From the IMG/VR virus record IMGVR_UViG_3300031132_000335: DNA of 64,000 bases. One strand, 5' to 3'. Each line of letters opens with the position of its first letter. The first letter of the stretch is position 1. Shown in pieces: positions 1-10,281 of this stretch. Under the pieces are notes generated by a model. That model did no database searches and was not told the DNA's origin. It saw only the letters and a program-made list of their open reading frames with translations. The DNA is from an uncultured virus (IMG/VR IMGVR_UViG_3300031132_000335). Lineage: Duplodnaviria > Heunggongvirae > Uroviricota > Caudoviricetes. Made by a program: the position numbers and the translations under genes.

Positions 1-21
1 GTGTCTCAGGAAGGGGAGGGA

Positions 22-297
22 CTACCGCTGTCGGGTAAGGGTGCGCTTCTTGGAGCTGGTTCCCTTACGGGGCTGCTGTCGCTGACCCTTCCGCTTGGCG
101 CTGGCACTGTGGCTCTTGCGCTTCTGGTCGCTGTCGGGTCGGGTGAGGTAGTAGCCGACGACAACGATGACGATGACGACTCCGAGGCCGATGAAGTTCC
201 CGAGAATGGTGCTGGCGCTGGGGTCGCCACCGTCCACGGGGTGACTGGGGATGTAGGGGGCGTACCGTACGGGCGGGAGTGCGAGGATGTGGTTCAT
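22..297 (-). CDS. small membrane protein with basic C-terminus
   Basis: One hydrophobic helix then K/R-rich tail. Confidence 0.6.
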   Translation of the reverse strand: MNHILALPPVRYAPYIPSHPVDGGDPSASTILGNFIGLGVVIVIVVVGYYLTRPDSDQKRKSHSASAKRKGQRQQPRKGTSSKKRTLTRQR

Positions 298-424
298 GGG
301 ACTTAGCCTACTCTCTTGTTGGCAGGTGTCAAGCCAGCTGGGACAGATTTTTGAGAGTGCGTGAAATGCAGGTATCCCCCTGAGGCGTGTTGCTGAGCCT
401 CAGGGGGATACCTGCAAGTAGGGG

Positions 425-670
425 TTAGTCCAGGTAGCTCTGCTGGCTGAGAACAATATCCTTGTTCTCGGAGGCGTGAGTTACCGTATCCAGAATCATT
501 GCGATGATAACAACGGGCATGCCGAGGATGGCGAGGATGCCGAAGGCGAAGCCAACGACAACCAGGTTCAGGAGGGCAGAGACAACCACCAGGCTGACGC
601 AAACCACGAGGATAACGAACGTGACGAGCATAACATTCAGGTACTTGGTGGAATTGTCCTGGGTGTTCAT
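425..670 (-). CDS. membrane protein
   Basis: Hairpin leader+AGGAG; start MNTQDN; hydrophobic. Confidence 0.75.
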   Translation of the reverse strand: MNTQDNSTKYLNVMLVTFVILVVCVSLVVVSALLNLVVVGFAFGILAILGMPVVIIAMILDTVTHASENKDIVLSQQSYLD

Positions 671-819
671 GATGTTCTCCTGTGTCTGTGTGGGAGGCCC
701 TTCCTCCCTGGCGATACCTACTCTACACATGGAGAACAGGCGAGGCAAGCTGTTTTCCAAAAAAGTTTTCTGAGAGCTTCTGGGTTGCGGACGAGTGAGG
801 TGTGTGCTACGGTGAAGGT

Positions 820-1140
820 ATGAGCAAATTCAGCGTGTTTGTCCCGTTCCACGGTCAGCGTGATGTGGTCGCGTCCCGCTTGGCGCACGGGACCCTGTTC
901 GTGACGGATGAGTCGGTCAGCCGTGAGGCGGATGAGTCGGACGTGTGTGCGATTGCGGAGTCCTTCGCAGATGCCTCCCGTCATTTTGAGCGGGGGCTGT
1001 TCGTCTCCGAGGTGGATGGTGCTTACCCGATGGAGGGAACTCCTACGGATGAGAACGAGAACCCTCAGATTGGCTGGGAGGTTGTCCTGTACCTGTCCGA
1101 GGATGAGGAGCCTTGGGCGGATGAGGACGACGAGGACTAA
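820..1140 (+). CDS. acidic hypothetical protein (leaderless)
   Basis: TACGGT-6nt-ATG; MSKFSVF..WADEDDED. Confidence 0.7.
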   Translation: MSKFSVFVPFHGQRDVVASRLAHGTLFVTDESVSREADESDVCAIAESFADASRHFERGLFVSEVDGAYPMEGTPTDENENPQIGWEVVLYLSEDEEPWADEDDED

Positions 1141-1249
1141 CCTGCTTCGCTCTCTCATTTTCTGAGGCTCTCCTAACTGTTCAGGTAGACTGGGCAGTTG
1201 GGAGAGCTTTTGCTTTTCTGTCTCAAAAAGACGAGATTGGTGATGAGCT

Positions 1250-1483
1250 ATGGGATATGAGGACGGACCGACGACAGCTGCGGTTGCTGCGCGGAGTGAA
1301 GCTCGGGCGGGTGTGCTGCTCTCAGTGTGCGCTCTCCTGATTGCAGGGCTGCTGTGGATGAGCTTGACGCTGTGGGATTCCTCCACCACTGTTGCCCTGT
1401 TCCTTGGCATCGGCATTGGGTGGTCCGCAGGGATGGCTATTGGGTGCTTCGTGCGGAGCGCTCGGCTGCGACGACGTAGTTAG
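1250..1483 (+). CDS. small membrane protein
   Basis: Two hydrophobic helices. Confidence 0.55.
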   Translation: MGYEDGPTTAAVAARSEARAGVLLSVCALLIAGLLWMSLTLWDSSTTVALFLGIGIGWSAGMAIGCFVRSARLRRRS

Positions 1484-1653
1484 CTCCTACGTCTCAAAAA
1501 GACGAGATTGACTATGCGTGCTGTGGGAGCAAGAGATGGTTGAGGTAGCTCGGGAAAATTTTTTCGGAGAGGGTTGCGCGGACGGCTGCGGAGTGTGGTA
1601 CTGTTGAGTTCATCAGGGAGGAACAGCCTCCCTCGCACTCTGAGGAGCACATC

Positions 1654-1845
1654 ATGACGCAGATGATTCGCCAGTTCGTTATCACCCTTTGTGGCAACGA
1701 GGATGATGTGAAGGCCGTCAGTGATTCGGAGTTGGAGAGCGTTCTTCAAAACGACCCCACGTTCGCTGGCTTTGACGGTGGTGTTACCGTCTCGCTCTCT
1801 GATGAGCATGTGCAGAAGGGCGAGACCTGGGTCTCTACCTTCTAA
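1654..1845 (+). CDS. acidic hypothetical protein, paralogue of 5778
   Basis: Cassette leader; IRQFVITLCGNEDD motif. Confidence 0.8.
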   Translation: MTQMIRQFVITLCGNEDDVKAVSDSELESVLQNDPTFAGFDGGVTVSLSDEHVQKGETWVSTF

Positions 1846-2057
1846 CACTTCCCGACGAAAGCCCCCAGGATTATCCTGGGGGCTTTCGTATTTCTACGTC
1901 TCAAAAAAGACGAGATTGGAGCAGGGTAGCTGCGAGAGGAAAGACGAGACCAGACTTGGGAAGTTTTTTCTCGGGAAGGGTTGCGCAAACGGCTGGTGCG
2001 TGTGGTAGGTTTGAGTCATCAGCAACCCGCTGAGCATCTGAGAGAGAAGAGACTCCC

Positions 2058-2423
2058 GTGAAGAAGACCCTCATCATTGTCGCGCTGGGCATCGCTGCTG
2101 TTGCGACTCTCACGGGCTGCTCGGCTCCTGCTCCTGCTGCTCCTGGTACGGTGGAGAAGGATGGTGCGGAGGTCTGGACGAATTCAGTGGACACGTCCGT
2201 TGGCGCTGTTGACTGTGTGTTCTACGATGGCACTGAGTCGGCTGCGGTTCAGTGCGACTGGGCAAACCTGGGAAAGGCAACGGCGACGGTTGCACTGAAC
2301 AACGGAGAGGGCAGGGTTGGGGTTGTTCAGCAGACAGTGAGCGGTCACCGCGTGGACTGCGTGACCTATGACTCCACGAAGAGCGGCGGTCTCTCCTGCA
2401 ACCTCCTGGGCGCTCAGAAGTAG
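2058..2423 (+). CDS. lipoprotein
   Basis: Signal peptide with lipobox LTGC; internal VDCVxYD repeat. Confidence 0.75.
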   Translation: MKKTLIIVALGIAAVATLTGCSAPAPAAPGTVEKDGAEVWTNSVDTSVGAVDCVFYDGTESAAVQCDWANLGKATATVALNNGEGRVGVVQQTVSGHRVDCVTYDSTKSGGLSCNLLGAQK

Positions 2424-2553
2424 TACAGCGCTTTCCCCTTTCGGCAACCTCCCAGGAAACTATTCCTCGGGAGGTTGCGTCATGTGTGGGGCGTGTGTAG
2501 GCTTGTCAGTAGGGAGCAATCAAGTTCCCAAAGGATTCTTTCAGGAGGCAATC

Positions 2554-2847
2554 ATGTTCACGACTCAGAAGACGGCGGTTCAGTCGGACTCCATGACAGA
2601 GGAAGAGAAGCTGGACGCTGCTGTGGTACTGTTGGATAAGGCGGCGAAGGCGATGCACCGTGGTGTCATTCTCGTGGTTCTGGGAATTGCTGCGCTGGTC
2701 GCATCTGTTGTTGCTGGGTTCACGGCGGCGGATGATGGGGTGGTCACGTTCCTGACGTGCGCGTACGCGCTTTGCTTCGGCTGTGGCTTGGGAGAGTTCT
2801 GGCGGTCGTCCCGCATGGCGCGCAAGGGGTCGCAGGTCCTCCTGTAA
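2554..2847 (+). CDS. membrane protein
   Basis: AGGAGG RBS; two TM helices. Confidence 0.7.
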   Translation: MFTTQKTAVQSDSMTEEEKLDAAVVLLDKAAKAMHRGVILVVLGIAALVASVVAGFTAADDGVVTFLTCAYALCFGCGLGEFWRSSRMARKGSQVLL

Positions 2848-3036
2848 TCTCAGACAGCCTACTCCCATCTTTCTCGTCTCAAAAAGACGAAAACGAGAGC
2901 AGGAGCTGTCAGGAGGAAAGACGAAAGATTTTTCAAGGATTTCTCCTGTCTGGGGTTGCATCACTCCCCTGATCGTGTAGAGTTGAGTTCATCAGGGAGG
3001 AACAGCCTCCCAGGAACGTCTTCCAAGGAGAACCTC

Positions 3037-3348
3037 ATGTCGCTCATCAGCCGCATCGCCCGTATCGTCTTCCCTCCGATGGAGGACGAGATGCTGGCTC
3101 AGGTTCGCCACGAGAACGACATTCACATGCGGAACAGTGCAGTGCGGCAGTGGATGCGTGAGAACGCTGACCTCCTGCCCCGTCCGACGAAGGATGACGA
3201 GGACCAGCACGAGTGGATGGACCGTTACGAGGATGAAGCACTGCGGCTCTACGTGAGCAAGCCTCTCCCTGGTGTGAGTGCAAGCTGGTTCTACGACTCC
3301 ATCACCCTGTACGCGAAGAATGAGATGTTTTTCTCGCTGATGAAGTAG
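3037..3348 (+). CDS. hypothetical protein
   Basis: Cassette leader; MSLISRIARIVFPP. Confidence 0.8.
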   Translation: MSLISRIARIVFPPMEDEMLAQVRHENDIHMRNSAVRQWMRENADLLPRPTKDDEDQHEWMDRYEDEALRLYVSKPLPGVSASWFYDSITLYAKNEMFFSLMK

Positions 3349-3468
3349 TAAGCTTCCATCAAACTTTCAGGAAGTTTCTGCCTGTCTGGGGTTGCATCGC
3401 TCCCCTGATCGTGTAGTGTTGAGTTCAGTAGGGAGGAATAGCCTCCCGACTGAATGAAGGATTCTCTC

Positions 3469-3675
3469 ATGTTCGCTTACATCATGAAGTTCCTGCCTGG
3501 CGACTACTACGTCCGCACGAGGATGCTGCTGCCGTTCTTTTTCACGGGGCTTGGCCTGGGTGTGGTCGGGTTGGCGGTTGTCCTGTTCGCAGGGTTCACG
3601 GCTCTCCCGTTCCTGGTGCTGCTGTTGGTCATCGGGCTGGTGACTGCGTTCCTGGGTGGAGTGCTGTTGCAGTAG
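3469..3675 (+). CDS. small membrane protein
   Basis: Cassette leader; two TM helices. Confidence 0.75.
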   Translation: MFAYIMKFLPGDYYVRTRMLLPFFFTGLGLGVVGLAVVLFAGFTALPFLVLLLVIGLVTAFLGGVLLQ

Positions 3676-3802
3676 CTTGTCTCAGAAAGACGAAATCTTT
3701 TCAGGAAGAAATTTCCTGTCTGGGGTTGCGGACCGCCCCTGATCGTGTAGTGTAGGTATCACCAAGGAGGAAGCACCTCCTTCCCAATCTTTCGGAGTCA
3801 TC

Positions 3803-4153
3803 ATGTTCACCGAGTACGCGAAGACCCAGTTCGCTCAGTTCCCCTTCTACCACCAGTACGAGGGCATGGAGGTCGGCGCTGAGAGCATGAAGACCGCTCA
3901 GGAAATCCTTGCCAAGGCATCGGGTGATGAGACGGTTCAGACTTTGCACCGAAAGCTCTACGACTTCAAGCTCCGTCAGAACTACGTCCCCGTGGAGTAC
4001 AGCTCGTTCGCTATCCGCAACGCGACGGACGCTGACCTGTTTGATGTGTACCTGATGGATGAGGACAGCCAGTACCTGAACAGCCGTGAGGGTGTGAACC
4101 ACGAGGATGTGGTTCTGGTGGCGGAAAGCCTGATGAGTGAGGTTTACGCCTGA
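3803..4153 (+). CDS. hypothetical protein
   Basis: Variant cassette leader. Confidence 0.8.
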   Translation: MFTEYAKTQFAQFPFYHQYEGMEVGAESMKTAQEILAKASGDETVQTLHRKLYDFKLRQNYVPVEYSSFAIRNATDADLFDVYLMDEDSQYLNSREGVNHEDVVLVAESLMSEVYA

Positions 4154-4262
4154 GGACGTTACCCGAGGTGCCATCCTCTCATCTCAGGGCGTAGGAGCTG
4201 ATTCGTCTCAAAAAGACGAGATTGAATCAGTTCGGGCAGTCGGAAAGACGACAGCTTTTTCT

Positions 4263-4362
4263 CAGGAAGAAACTTCCTGTCTGGGGTTGCGTACCGCCCG
4301 TGATCGTGTAGAGTTGGTATCACCAGGGAGGAACAGCCTCCCTCAAATCTTTCGGAGTCATC
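4263..4362 (+). promoter_or_regulatory. Representative class I cassette promoter/leader
   Basis: CAGGAA(4263)..TTCCTG(4274); -35 TTGCGT 4287; 16-nt spacer ending GATCGTG; -10 TAGAGT 4309; hairpin 4326-4342; GGAG RBS; ATG 4363. Confidence 0.85.
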
Positions 4363-4635
4363 ATGGCGAAGCTCGGCTACTCGGTCCACCACAACTTCAT
4401 GGACGTTCCGTTCACGTTCGCGGGTTGGGTGAAGTCCAAGAAGGACGTGGAGAAGCTCAAGGCTGAGGTGAAGAAGGGCGCTGGCCTGCACTCGTTCGTT
4501 GTCATCCAGGAGGAGAAGCCTGGCTACGTGGTCGGTGGCAACTCCTCGGGCTGGAACCAGAAGCCGCTGACCTACCCCGAACACCTGGTCCGTGAAGCTG
4601 AGGCCGAGCGAGTGCGGGCGTTCTTCGCCGCGTAA
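4363..4635 (+). CDS. hypothetical protein
   Basis: Cassette leader, downstream terminator. Confidence 0.8.
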   Translation: MAKLGYSVHHNFMDVPFTFAGWVKSKKDVEKLKAEVKKGAGLHSFVVIQEEKPGYVVGGNSSGWNQKPLTYPEHLVREAEAERVRAFFAA

Positions 4636-4891
4636 CACCTACCCACGTCAGGAGGGGAGAAGCTATCTTAGGGGGTAGCTTCTCCCCTCCTCTCATTCTT
4701 GCGGGTTCATGGGAAATGGGACAGTTTTTGAACGGTAAAAGCTGAGATGGGGAAGGGCTGTCAGCAGTGTGCAGCTGGTCACCTGAGGCTCAGAAAAATA
4801 GTTTGCTCCTGGTGTTGCGCCACATGCTCTACGTGTGTAGAGTTGAGTCATCAGGGAGGAACAGCCTCCCTCCAAAACTTTCGGAGTCATC

Positions 4892-5170
4892 ATGTTCAGC
4901 ATCTTCGGCAAGAAGCAGAAGCCCGTGTACAACGCTGCTGCTCGCATGGATGAGACGCAGATGGTGCTGAACTGGCTCGGAGACAACAAGTTCAACCTGC
5001 CGATGCCGCAGGACGGGGAGACGAACCAGACGTGGGCGTACATGCACCGCTATGGGAACGCGGCTCAGGCCCTGATGCTGGCTGAGGGTATCCGCCTGGT
5101 CCACACGACGTGGAGCGACCACCTGTACGTCAGCCAGGAGAACCCGACCACGTTGGACGTGCTGGCGTAA
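4892..5170 (+). CDS. hypothetical protein
   Basis: Cassette leader; N-term MFSIFGKKQ. Confidence 0.8.
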   Translation: MFSIFGKKQKPVYNAAARMDETQMVLNWLGDNKFNLPMPQDGETNQTWAYMHRYGNAAQALMLAEGIRLVHTTWSDHLYVSQENPTTLDVLA

Positions 5171-5365
5171 GGAGCCACCTCAGGTCCCACCTGAATGGGA
5201 CAGTTTTTGAACGGTAGAAGCTGGGGAGTCAATCCTCCTTCTCCTGCCGTTCACTCAATTCTCAGGAAGTTTCTTCCTGCCTCGGGTTGCATGTCGCCCG
5301 TGATCGTGTACAGTAAGTAGTATGTATACTGGCGGATTTTTTGACGAGATGGAAGAGTAAGAATC

Positions 5366-5602
5366 ATGGCAACTCCTTGGGTTCTCCCTGAACTGCCGAA
5401 CGGTCTTCGGTGGAAGACAGATGTGCACCGTAATGCGTTCGCTGGTGAAGTCGTCTCCCTCAAAATCATCAAGCGCCAGCGAGTCAACATCATGGGCGTG
5501 AAGCTCCCGTACAACCAGGAAGTTGCGCACGTTGTTACGTACGATGAGCCTGGCTGGGTGCAGGATGAGATTGACCGTATGAGCCAGAAGGTAAACTGGT
5601 AG
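5366..5602 (+). CDS. hypothetical protein
   Basis: Class I promoter upstream. Confidence 0.7.
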   Translation: MATPWVLPELPNGLRWKTDVHRNAFAGEVVSLKIIKRQRVNIMGVKLPYNQEVAHVVTYDEPGWVQDEIDRMSQKVNW

Positions 5603-5777
5603 CTGCTCAACAGCTCAAACTCAACATCGTCTCAAAAAGACGAAGAGTTGAATAGAGAGCTTCACAAAAAGACCACAGGAAGTTTCTTCCTGTCTGGGGT
5701 TGCGCAGCGCCCCTGATCGTGTAGAGTTGAGTTCAGTAGGGAGGAACAGCCTCCCGAATCACTTCAAGGAGAACCCC

Positions 5778-5981
5778 ATGGCTCGTATCCAGCGACAGTT
5801 CATCGTCATCATTGAGGGCGAGCAGGACGACCTCGAAGACCTGATGGATGGTGCGATTGAGGACGCAATCTCCGACTCTCCCGACTTCCCGATGTATGAT
5901 GCAACGGTTGAGGTTCGCTTCGCTGGTGAGCTTGTTCACCGTGACGACCAGGCCGACTACCGCGAGCGCGACGACGACTAA
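5778..5981 (+). CDS. acidic hypothetical protein, paralogue of 1654
   Basis: Cassette leader; IQRQFIVIIEGEQDD. Confidence 0.8.
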   Translation: MARIQRQFIVIIEGEQDDLEDLMDGAIEDAISDSPDFPMYDATVEVRFAGELVHRDDQADYRERDDD

Positions 5982-6143
5982 GCAGTTTCACGACCTTAGA
6001 AAGCCCCGTTAGGAGAACAAGCCTGACGGGGCTTTCGCTTGTTCCAAAAAAGTTTGAGCTGAGGGTTGCATCACTCCCATGATCGTGTAGAGTAGGTATC
6101 AACAGGGAGGAACAGCCTCCCGAAAGCTTCAAGGAGAACCCTC

Positions 6144-6473
6144 ATGACGCAGGTAACGACCACTCAGGCAACGCTCTGGCAGGGTTTCCTCACTGAGGTG
6201 GCGGAGACGCTGATGGATGTCATCGGCATCACGGACAGTGAAGCCGATGCGGTGCAGAGCCTCCCGCAGGATTTCAGCAACTATGCGGGTCACTCCCTGA
6301 TGCTCAACAACGGCAACTCCCGTGGGCCGCAGTACTCGGTTCGGGTGACTCCGTACGGGTACGTGACGCTGGGCAGCCGCTCGCGTCTCAGCGCGCAGCA
6401 GCTGCGGGACCTGACGGAGGCCACGATGTTGCTCACCGCTACGGAGAAGCGTTACCACCAGCACACCCGCTGA
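6144..6473 (+). CDS. hypothetical protein, divergent paralogue of 6670/7489
   Basis: LWQGFLTEVAETL vs LWADYMAEVADTL. Confidence 0.8.
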   Translation: MTQVTTTQATLWQGFLTEVAETLMDVIGITDSEADAVQSLPQDFSNYAGHSLMLNNGNSRGPQYSVRVTPYGYVTLGSRSRLSAQQLRDLTEATMLLTATEKRYHQHTR

Positions 6474-6669
6474 TGACAGTGACAGTTCCGTAGCTCGTGC
6501 GTTCTCTCCGAGCTACGGAACTGTCACTGCTGGTGAAAAAAGACATGAGTTGATAACTCAGATACATCTCAGGAAGAAAGTTCCTGTCTGGGGTTGCACG
6601 CCGCCCCTGATCGTGTAAAGTTGGTATCATCAGGGAGGAACAGCCTCCCTCACAGTCTCGGGAGTCACC

Positions 6670-7020
6670 ATGCAGCAGGTCATCCTCACCAAGGAAATGC
6701 TTTGGGCGGACTACATGGCGGAGGTCGCTGACACGCTGAATGACTTCCTCGGCCTGAGCAAGGAAGAGCACCGCCGCATCACGAAGCTTTCGCAGCCGAC
6801 TGAGTGGAACGTCCAAATCTGGTTGGATGGTGGGAAGGTTTTCACGCCAGCTCAGTACAAAGTCATCGTCCAGGGAAACGGCCTGGTGTTCCTGACAAAC
6901 CTCGTCTACCTCACGTCAGCACAGAAGCGGAACTTCCTTGCAGCCAGGGCGCAGGTGAGGGAGTTCCAGCAGGAATACATGGACAAGCTCCTGTTCATCG
7001 GTACCCGACTGGACGTGTAA
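6670..7020 (+). CDS. hypothetical protein (copy A1)
   Basis: Cassette leader; close paralogue of 7489. Confidence 0.85.
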   Translation: MQQVILTKEMLWADYMAEVADTLNDFLGLSKEEHRRITKLSQPTEWNVQIWLDGGKVFTPAQYKVIVQGNGLVFLTNLVYLTSAQKRNFLAARAQVREFQQEYMDKLLFIGTRLDV

Positions 7021-7210
7021 GTGGGGGCAGGTTCGCCGCCAGCCTCCAAACTACTCGGCACCCTGGACAAGGTAGGTAAACTCTACGGTCTGGGGCTGCC
7101 GGCGATCTTTCAGGAAAAAGTTTGGTTTTGGTGTTGCGCTCGGCACGGAGTCGTGTAGAGTTGAGCCATCAGGGAGGAACAGCCTCCCGAACCACTTCCA
7201 GGAGAACACC

Positions 7211-7378
7211 ATGGCTGCCACCAAGACCGTCAAGTTCCGCGCCACGGCCAACCCCGAGTACGCTGCCGCGATGCGTGGCCTCCGTTCCTCCTCCGCCGCT
7301 TCCCCGCAGGACAACCGTCCGAACCGCCAGCGGACCCGCTCCACCGCGAAGCGCCAGGCCATCAAGAACGGCTGGTAA
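7211..7378 (+). CDS. 55-aa Arg-rich basic peptide, copy 1
   Basis: Hand-translated MAATKTVKFRATANPEY..NRPNRQRTRSTAKRQAIKNGW; cassette leader; not in ORF track. Confidence 0.9.
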   Translation: MAATKTVKFRATANPEYAAAMRGLRSSSAASPQDNRPNRQRTRSTAKRQAIKNGW

Positions 7379-7488
7379 GCCGAACTCTCAGGAAGTTCTT
7401 CCTGTCTGGGGTTGCAGACCGCCCCTGATCGTGTAGTGTTAAGTTCAGCAGGGAGGAACAGCCTCCCGAACAGCTTCAAGGAGTCATC

Positions 7489-7836
7489 ATGCAGCGAGTC
7501 ATCCTCACCCACGAAATGCTTTGGGCGGACTACATGGCGGAGGTCGCTGACACGCTGAACGATTTCCTCGGTCTGAGCAAGGAAGAGCACCGCGCCATCG
7601 CAAAGCTCCCGCGGAACGACTTCAACACCACGGTCCGCATGAACGGCGGCAAGCTGTACAAGCCGTTTGAGTACAGCATCATCATCCAGGGCAACGGTCT
7701 GGTGTTCCTGACGAACCTCGTCTACCTCACGGCAGAGCAGAAGCGCAATTTCTTCGCTGCTGAGGCTCAGGTGAAGGAGTTCCAGCAGGAGTACCTGGGC
7801 AAGCTTCGGCTTGTCGGTAACTACCTGGACGCGTAA
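7489..7836 (+). CDS. hypothetical protein (copy A2)
   Basis: Paralogue of 6670. Confidence 0.85.
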   Translation: MQRVILTHEMLWADYMAEVADTLNDFLGLSKEEHRAIAKLPRNDFNTTVRMNGGKLYKPFEYSIIIQGNGLVFLTNLVYLTAEQKRNFFAAEAQVKEFQQEYLGKLRLVGNYLDA

Positions 7837-8024
7837 GCGGGGCAGATACTCCGCCAGCCTCCAAACTACTCGGCACCCTGGACAAGGTAGGTAAACCCTA
7901 CGGTCTGGGGCTGCTGGCGAGCTTTCAGGAAAAAGTTTGGTTTTGGTGTTGCGCCCTGCTCGGAGTCGTGTAGAGTTGAGTCATCAGGGAGGAACGGCCT
8001 CCCGAAGAACCTCAGGAGAATCTC

Positions 8025-8192
8025 ATGGCTGCCACCAAGACGACCAAGTTCCGCGCCACGGCTAACCCCGAGTACGCTGCCGCGATGCACGGTCTCCGTT
8101 CTTCCTCTGCTGCTTCCCCGCAGGACAACCGTCCGAACCGCCAGCGGACTCGCTCCACCGCGAAGCGCCAGGCCATCAAGAACGGCTGGTAA
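8025..8192 (+). CDS. 55-aa Arg-rich basic peptide, copy 2
   Basis: Near-identical to 7211. Confidence 0.9.
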   Translation: MAATKTTKFRATANPEYAAAMHGLRSSSAASPQDNRPNRQRTRSTAKRQAIKNGW

Positions 8193-8304
8193 GCCAAACT
8201 CTCAGGAAGAAATTCCTGTCTCGGGTTGCATCGCTCCCGTGATCGTGTACAGTAAGTATCACCAGGGAGGAACAGCCTCCCGAAACGGCTTCAAGGAGAA
8301 CATC

Positions 8305-8625
8305 ATGGGCTACTACATCGTTTCCCCCGACGTGCACGCCGAGCAGACGGCAAAGCTGTCCAAGAAGCGGACGGGTAAGCTGGTGTGGGCAGCCGTGTTC
8401 GCTGCTTTCGCGGCGTACGGGCTGGTGGCGGGGCTGGTGGGCCTGTTCACGGCTACGGGCTTGCCCATCGTTTCCCTCGGATTCGTGTTCCTCATCGGAC
8501 TGGCGAAGACTGTGGAACAGCTGCTGGCAGCAAAGGAGCTGACGGAGGCCAAGAAGGAGCTGCACGTGGTGTGGCAGGGCGATGAGGATGAGGTCCCTTC
8601 GGCGGGGCTGACGCTGGCGAAGTAG
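8305..8625 (+). CDS. membrane protein, paralogue of 11826
   Basis: MGYYIVS.. two TM helices ..VW. Confidence 0.8.
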   Translation: MGYYIVSPDVHAEQTAKLSKKRTGKLVWAAVFAAFAAYGLVAGLVGLFTATGLPIVSLGFVFLIGLAKTVEQLLAAKELTEAKKELHVVWQGDEDEVPSAGLTLAK

Positions 8626-8659
8626 CCAATCAAAGGGAGGTGATTCCTCCTCTGATCCA

Positions 8660-8769
8660 GTCAACTCCCAGGAGAAAGATCGCCTGTGGAGTTGACACGC
8701 ATGCCCATAATCGTGGTAGGTTGTACTCATCAGGGAGGAACGGCCTCCCGAAAAGCCTCAGGAGCTATC
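8660..8769 (+). promoter_or_regulatory. Representative class II cassette promoter/leader
   Basis: GTCAACTCC..GGAGTTGAC inverted repeat overlapping -35 TTGACA 8692; 19-nt spacer; TGG-TAGGTT extended -10 at 8717; hairpin 8733-8749. Confidence 0.8.
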
Positions 8770-9096
8770 ATGATGACGAAGAACATCAACGACACGCACG
8801 CGGACCTCACCATCCTCACCGCGCAGCAGAAGTTCGGGTTCCCTGAGGACCGTGCGCAGCGGCTCATCCAGTCGGCTCCGTTCCTGCGTGGTTCGGAGAT
8901 GATTCTCCTGGACAACAACGCGGCGCTGTTCTTCCAGTACGAGACGCGTACGTTCCAGGACGGCGCTGAGAAGCTGTACCTGTCGGTTTCGGTCCACCAC
9001 GGTGACGGAGACCAGCGGGTCGCGGTTGGTCACGTGAATGATGCTACGGAGCGTGCGCTCCGTGCGGACTGGGTTGAGGAGCTGAGCGCTTACTAA
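8770..9096 (+). CDS. hypothetical protein
   Basis: Class II cassette leader. Confidence 0.8.
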   Translation: MMTKNINDTHADLTILTAQQKFGFPEDRAQRLIQSAPFLRGSEMILLDNNAALFFQYETRTFQDGAEKLYLSVSVHHGDGDQRVAVGHVNDATERALRADWVEELSAY

Positions 9097-9110
9097 ACTC
9101 GGGTCAAAAA

Positions 9111-9148
9111 GGAGGGGAGCTACCTGAATCGGTAGCTCCCCTCCTTTT
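9111..9148 (+). terminator. Intrinsic terminator, GGAGCTACC..GGTAGCTCC family
   Basis: GC-rich stem flanked by A- and T-tracts; relatives at ~12161, 12674, 35126, 37196, 55172. Confidence 0.85.
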
Positions 9149-9301
9149 GTTTTGCGACCATGATGGGGTTGCATACCAGGGTGAACTGCCGGCGAGCTTT
9201 CAGGAAAAACTTTCTGCCTGGGGTTGTACAGCTCCCCTGATCGTGTAGAGTTAGTACCACCAGGGAGGAACAGCCTCCCGAACCACTTCAAGGAAAGCAT
9301 C

Positions 9302-9598
9302 ATGACGAACCTCATGCAGACCACGGTAGCGAACAACGACGTGGACCGTGCGACCATCCAGCAGGCCAGCCAGCTCGTCAACACCGCTACCCTCGTCGCG
9401 GTGATTGAACTCCTGGTCTTCCCCGAGTTTGACAACGCGTTCCTCGTGGAGAGCTACGAAATGGCGGGAGGAAAGGGTGCCCCGACTGTCAAGGAGCTGG
9501 ACGACATGAGCACTCTCCTCATCCTCAAAAATCGTGAGGTTGCCGCGCCGCTCATTCAGCAGCTTCCCGAGACGGTTCGCAGGCGCTACACGGACTAA
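9302..9598 (+). CDS. hypothetical protein
   Basis: Cassette leader. Confidence 0.8.
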   Translation: MTNLMQTTVANNDVDRATIQQASQLVNTATLVAVIELLVFPEFDNAFLVESYEMAGGKGAPTVKELDDMSTLLILKNREVAAPLIQQLPETVRRRYTD

Positions 9599-9654
9599 CC
9601 TCGCTCCCATGAGTGAAGCCCTCTCCCAGCATCGGAAGAGGGCTTCACTGTTTT

Positions 9655-9689
9655 CTCCTCCTCCTCCTCCTCCTCCTCCTCCTCCTCCT
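9655..9689. repeat. (CTC)n microsatellite, ~11-12 units
   Basis: Directly read after terminator T-tract. Confidence 0.95.
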
Positions 9690-9867
9690 GTCAAAGCTAA
9701 TGAAAAAAGACATGAGTTAGCCAGCTCTCAGTGGGTGAGATGCTGACGCAGGATGTCAGACAGCTCGTTCAAAAAGTTCCTGTTTGGGGTTGCACAGCTC
9801 CCGTGATCGTGTAGTGTTGAGTTCACCAGGGAGGAACAGCCTCCCGAACCACTTCAAGGAGAACATC

Positions 9868-10131
9868 ATGTCGGTCAAGACGCAGAACAAGTCGGCTCGC
9901 GGTAGCAAGCTGCGCGGTACGCCCATCGTCGTGGCCGAAGTGGAGCTGACGGTGAAGGCGTTTGAGCGCGTCATCAACGAGCCTGTTGAGGTCACGCTGA
10001 ACTCGGGTGAGGTCATGCGTGGTCAGCTCGCAGGGAACGGCTTCTACAAGGGTTGGAAGCTCTACACGGCGGACGGTGTGCGCCAGTTCTTCCGTGCGGA
10101 CACTCGTTCGGTCGGTCTGCTCTCGCACTGA
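9868..10131 (+). CDS. hypothetical protein
   Basis: Cassette leader. Confidence 0.8.
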   Translation: MSVKTQNKSARGSKLRGTPIVVAEVELTVKAFERVINEPVEVTLNSGEVMRGQLAGNGFYKGWKLYTADGVRQFFRADTRSVGLLSH

Positions 10132-10281
10132 CTATCCAAGCCCTTCGGGGCTGATCTGTTCCACTCAGGAACATCCCAGGAAGAAAGTTTTTCCTGTCTG
10201 GGGTTGCATACCGCCCGTGATCGTGTAGAGTTGGTATCATCAGGGAGGAACAGCCTCCCAAACATTTTCAAGGAGAACATC

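Noticed and set aside
9251..9746. Poly-Gly and poly-Pro ORFs
   Set aside because: Artefacts of the (CTC)n tract, with no RBS and overlapping a real gene and terminator.
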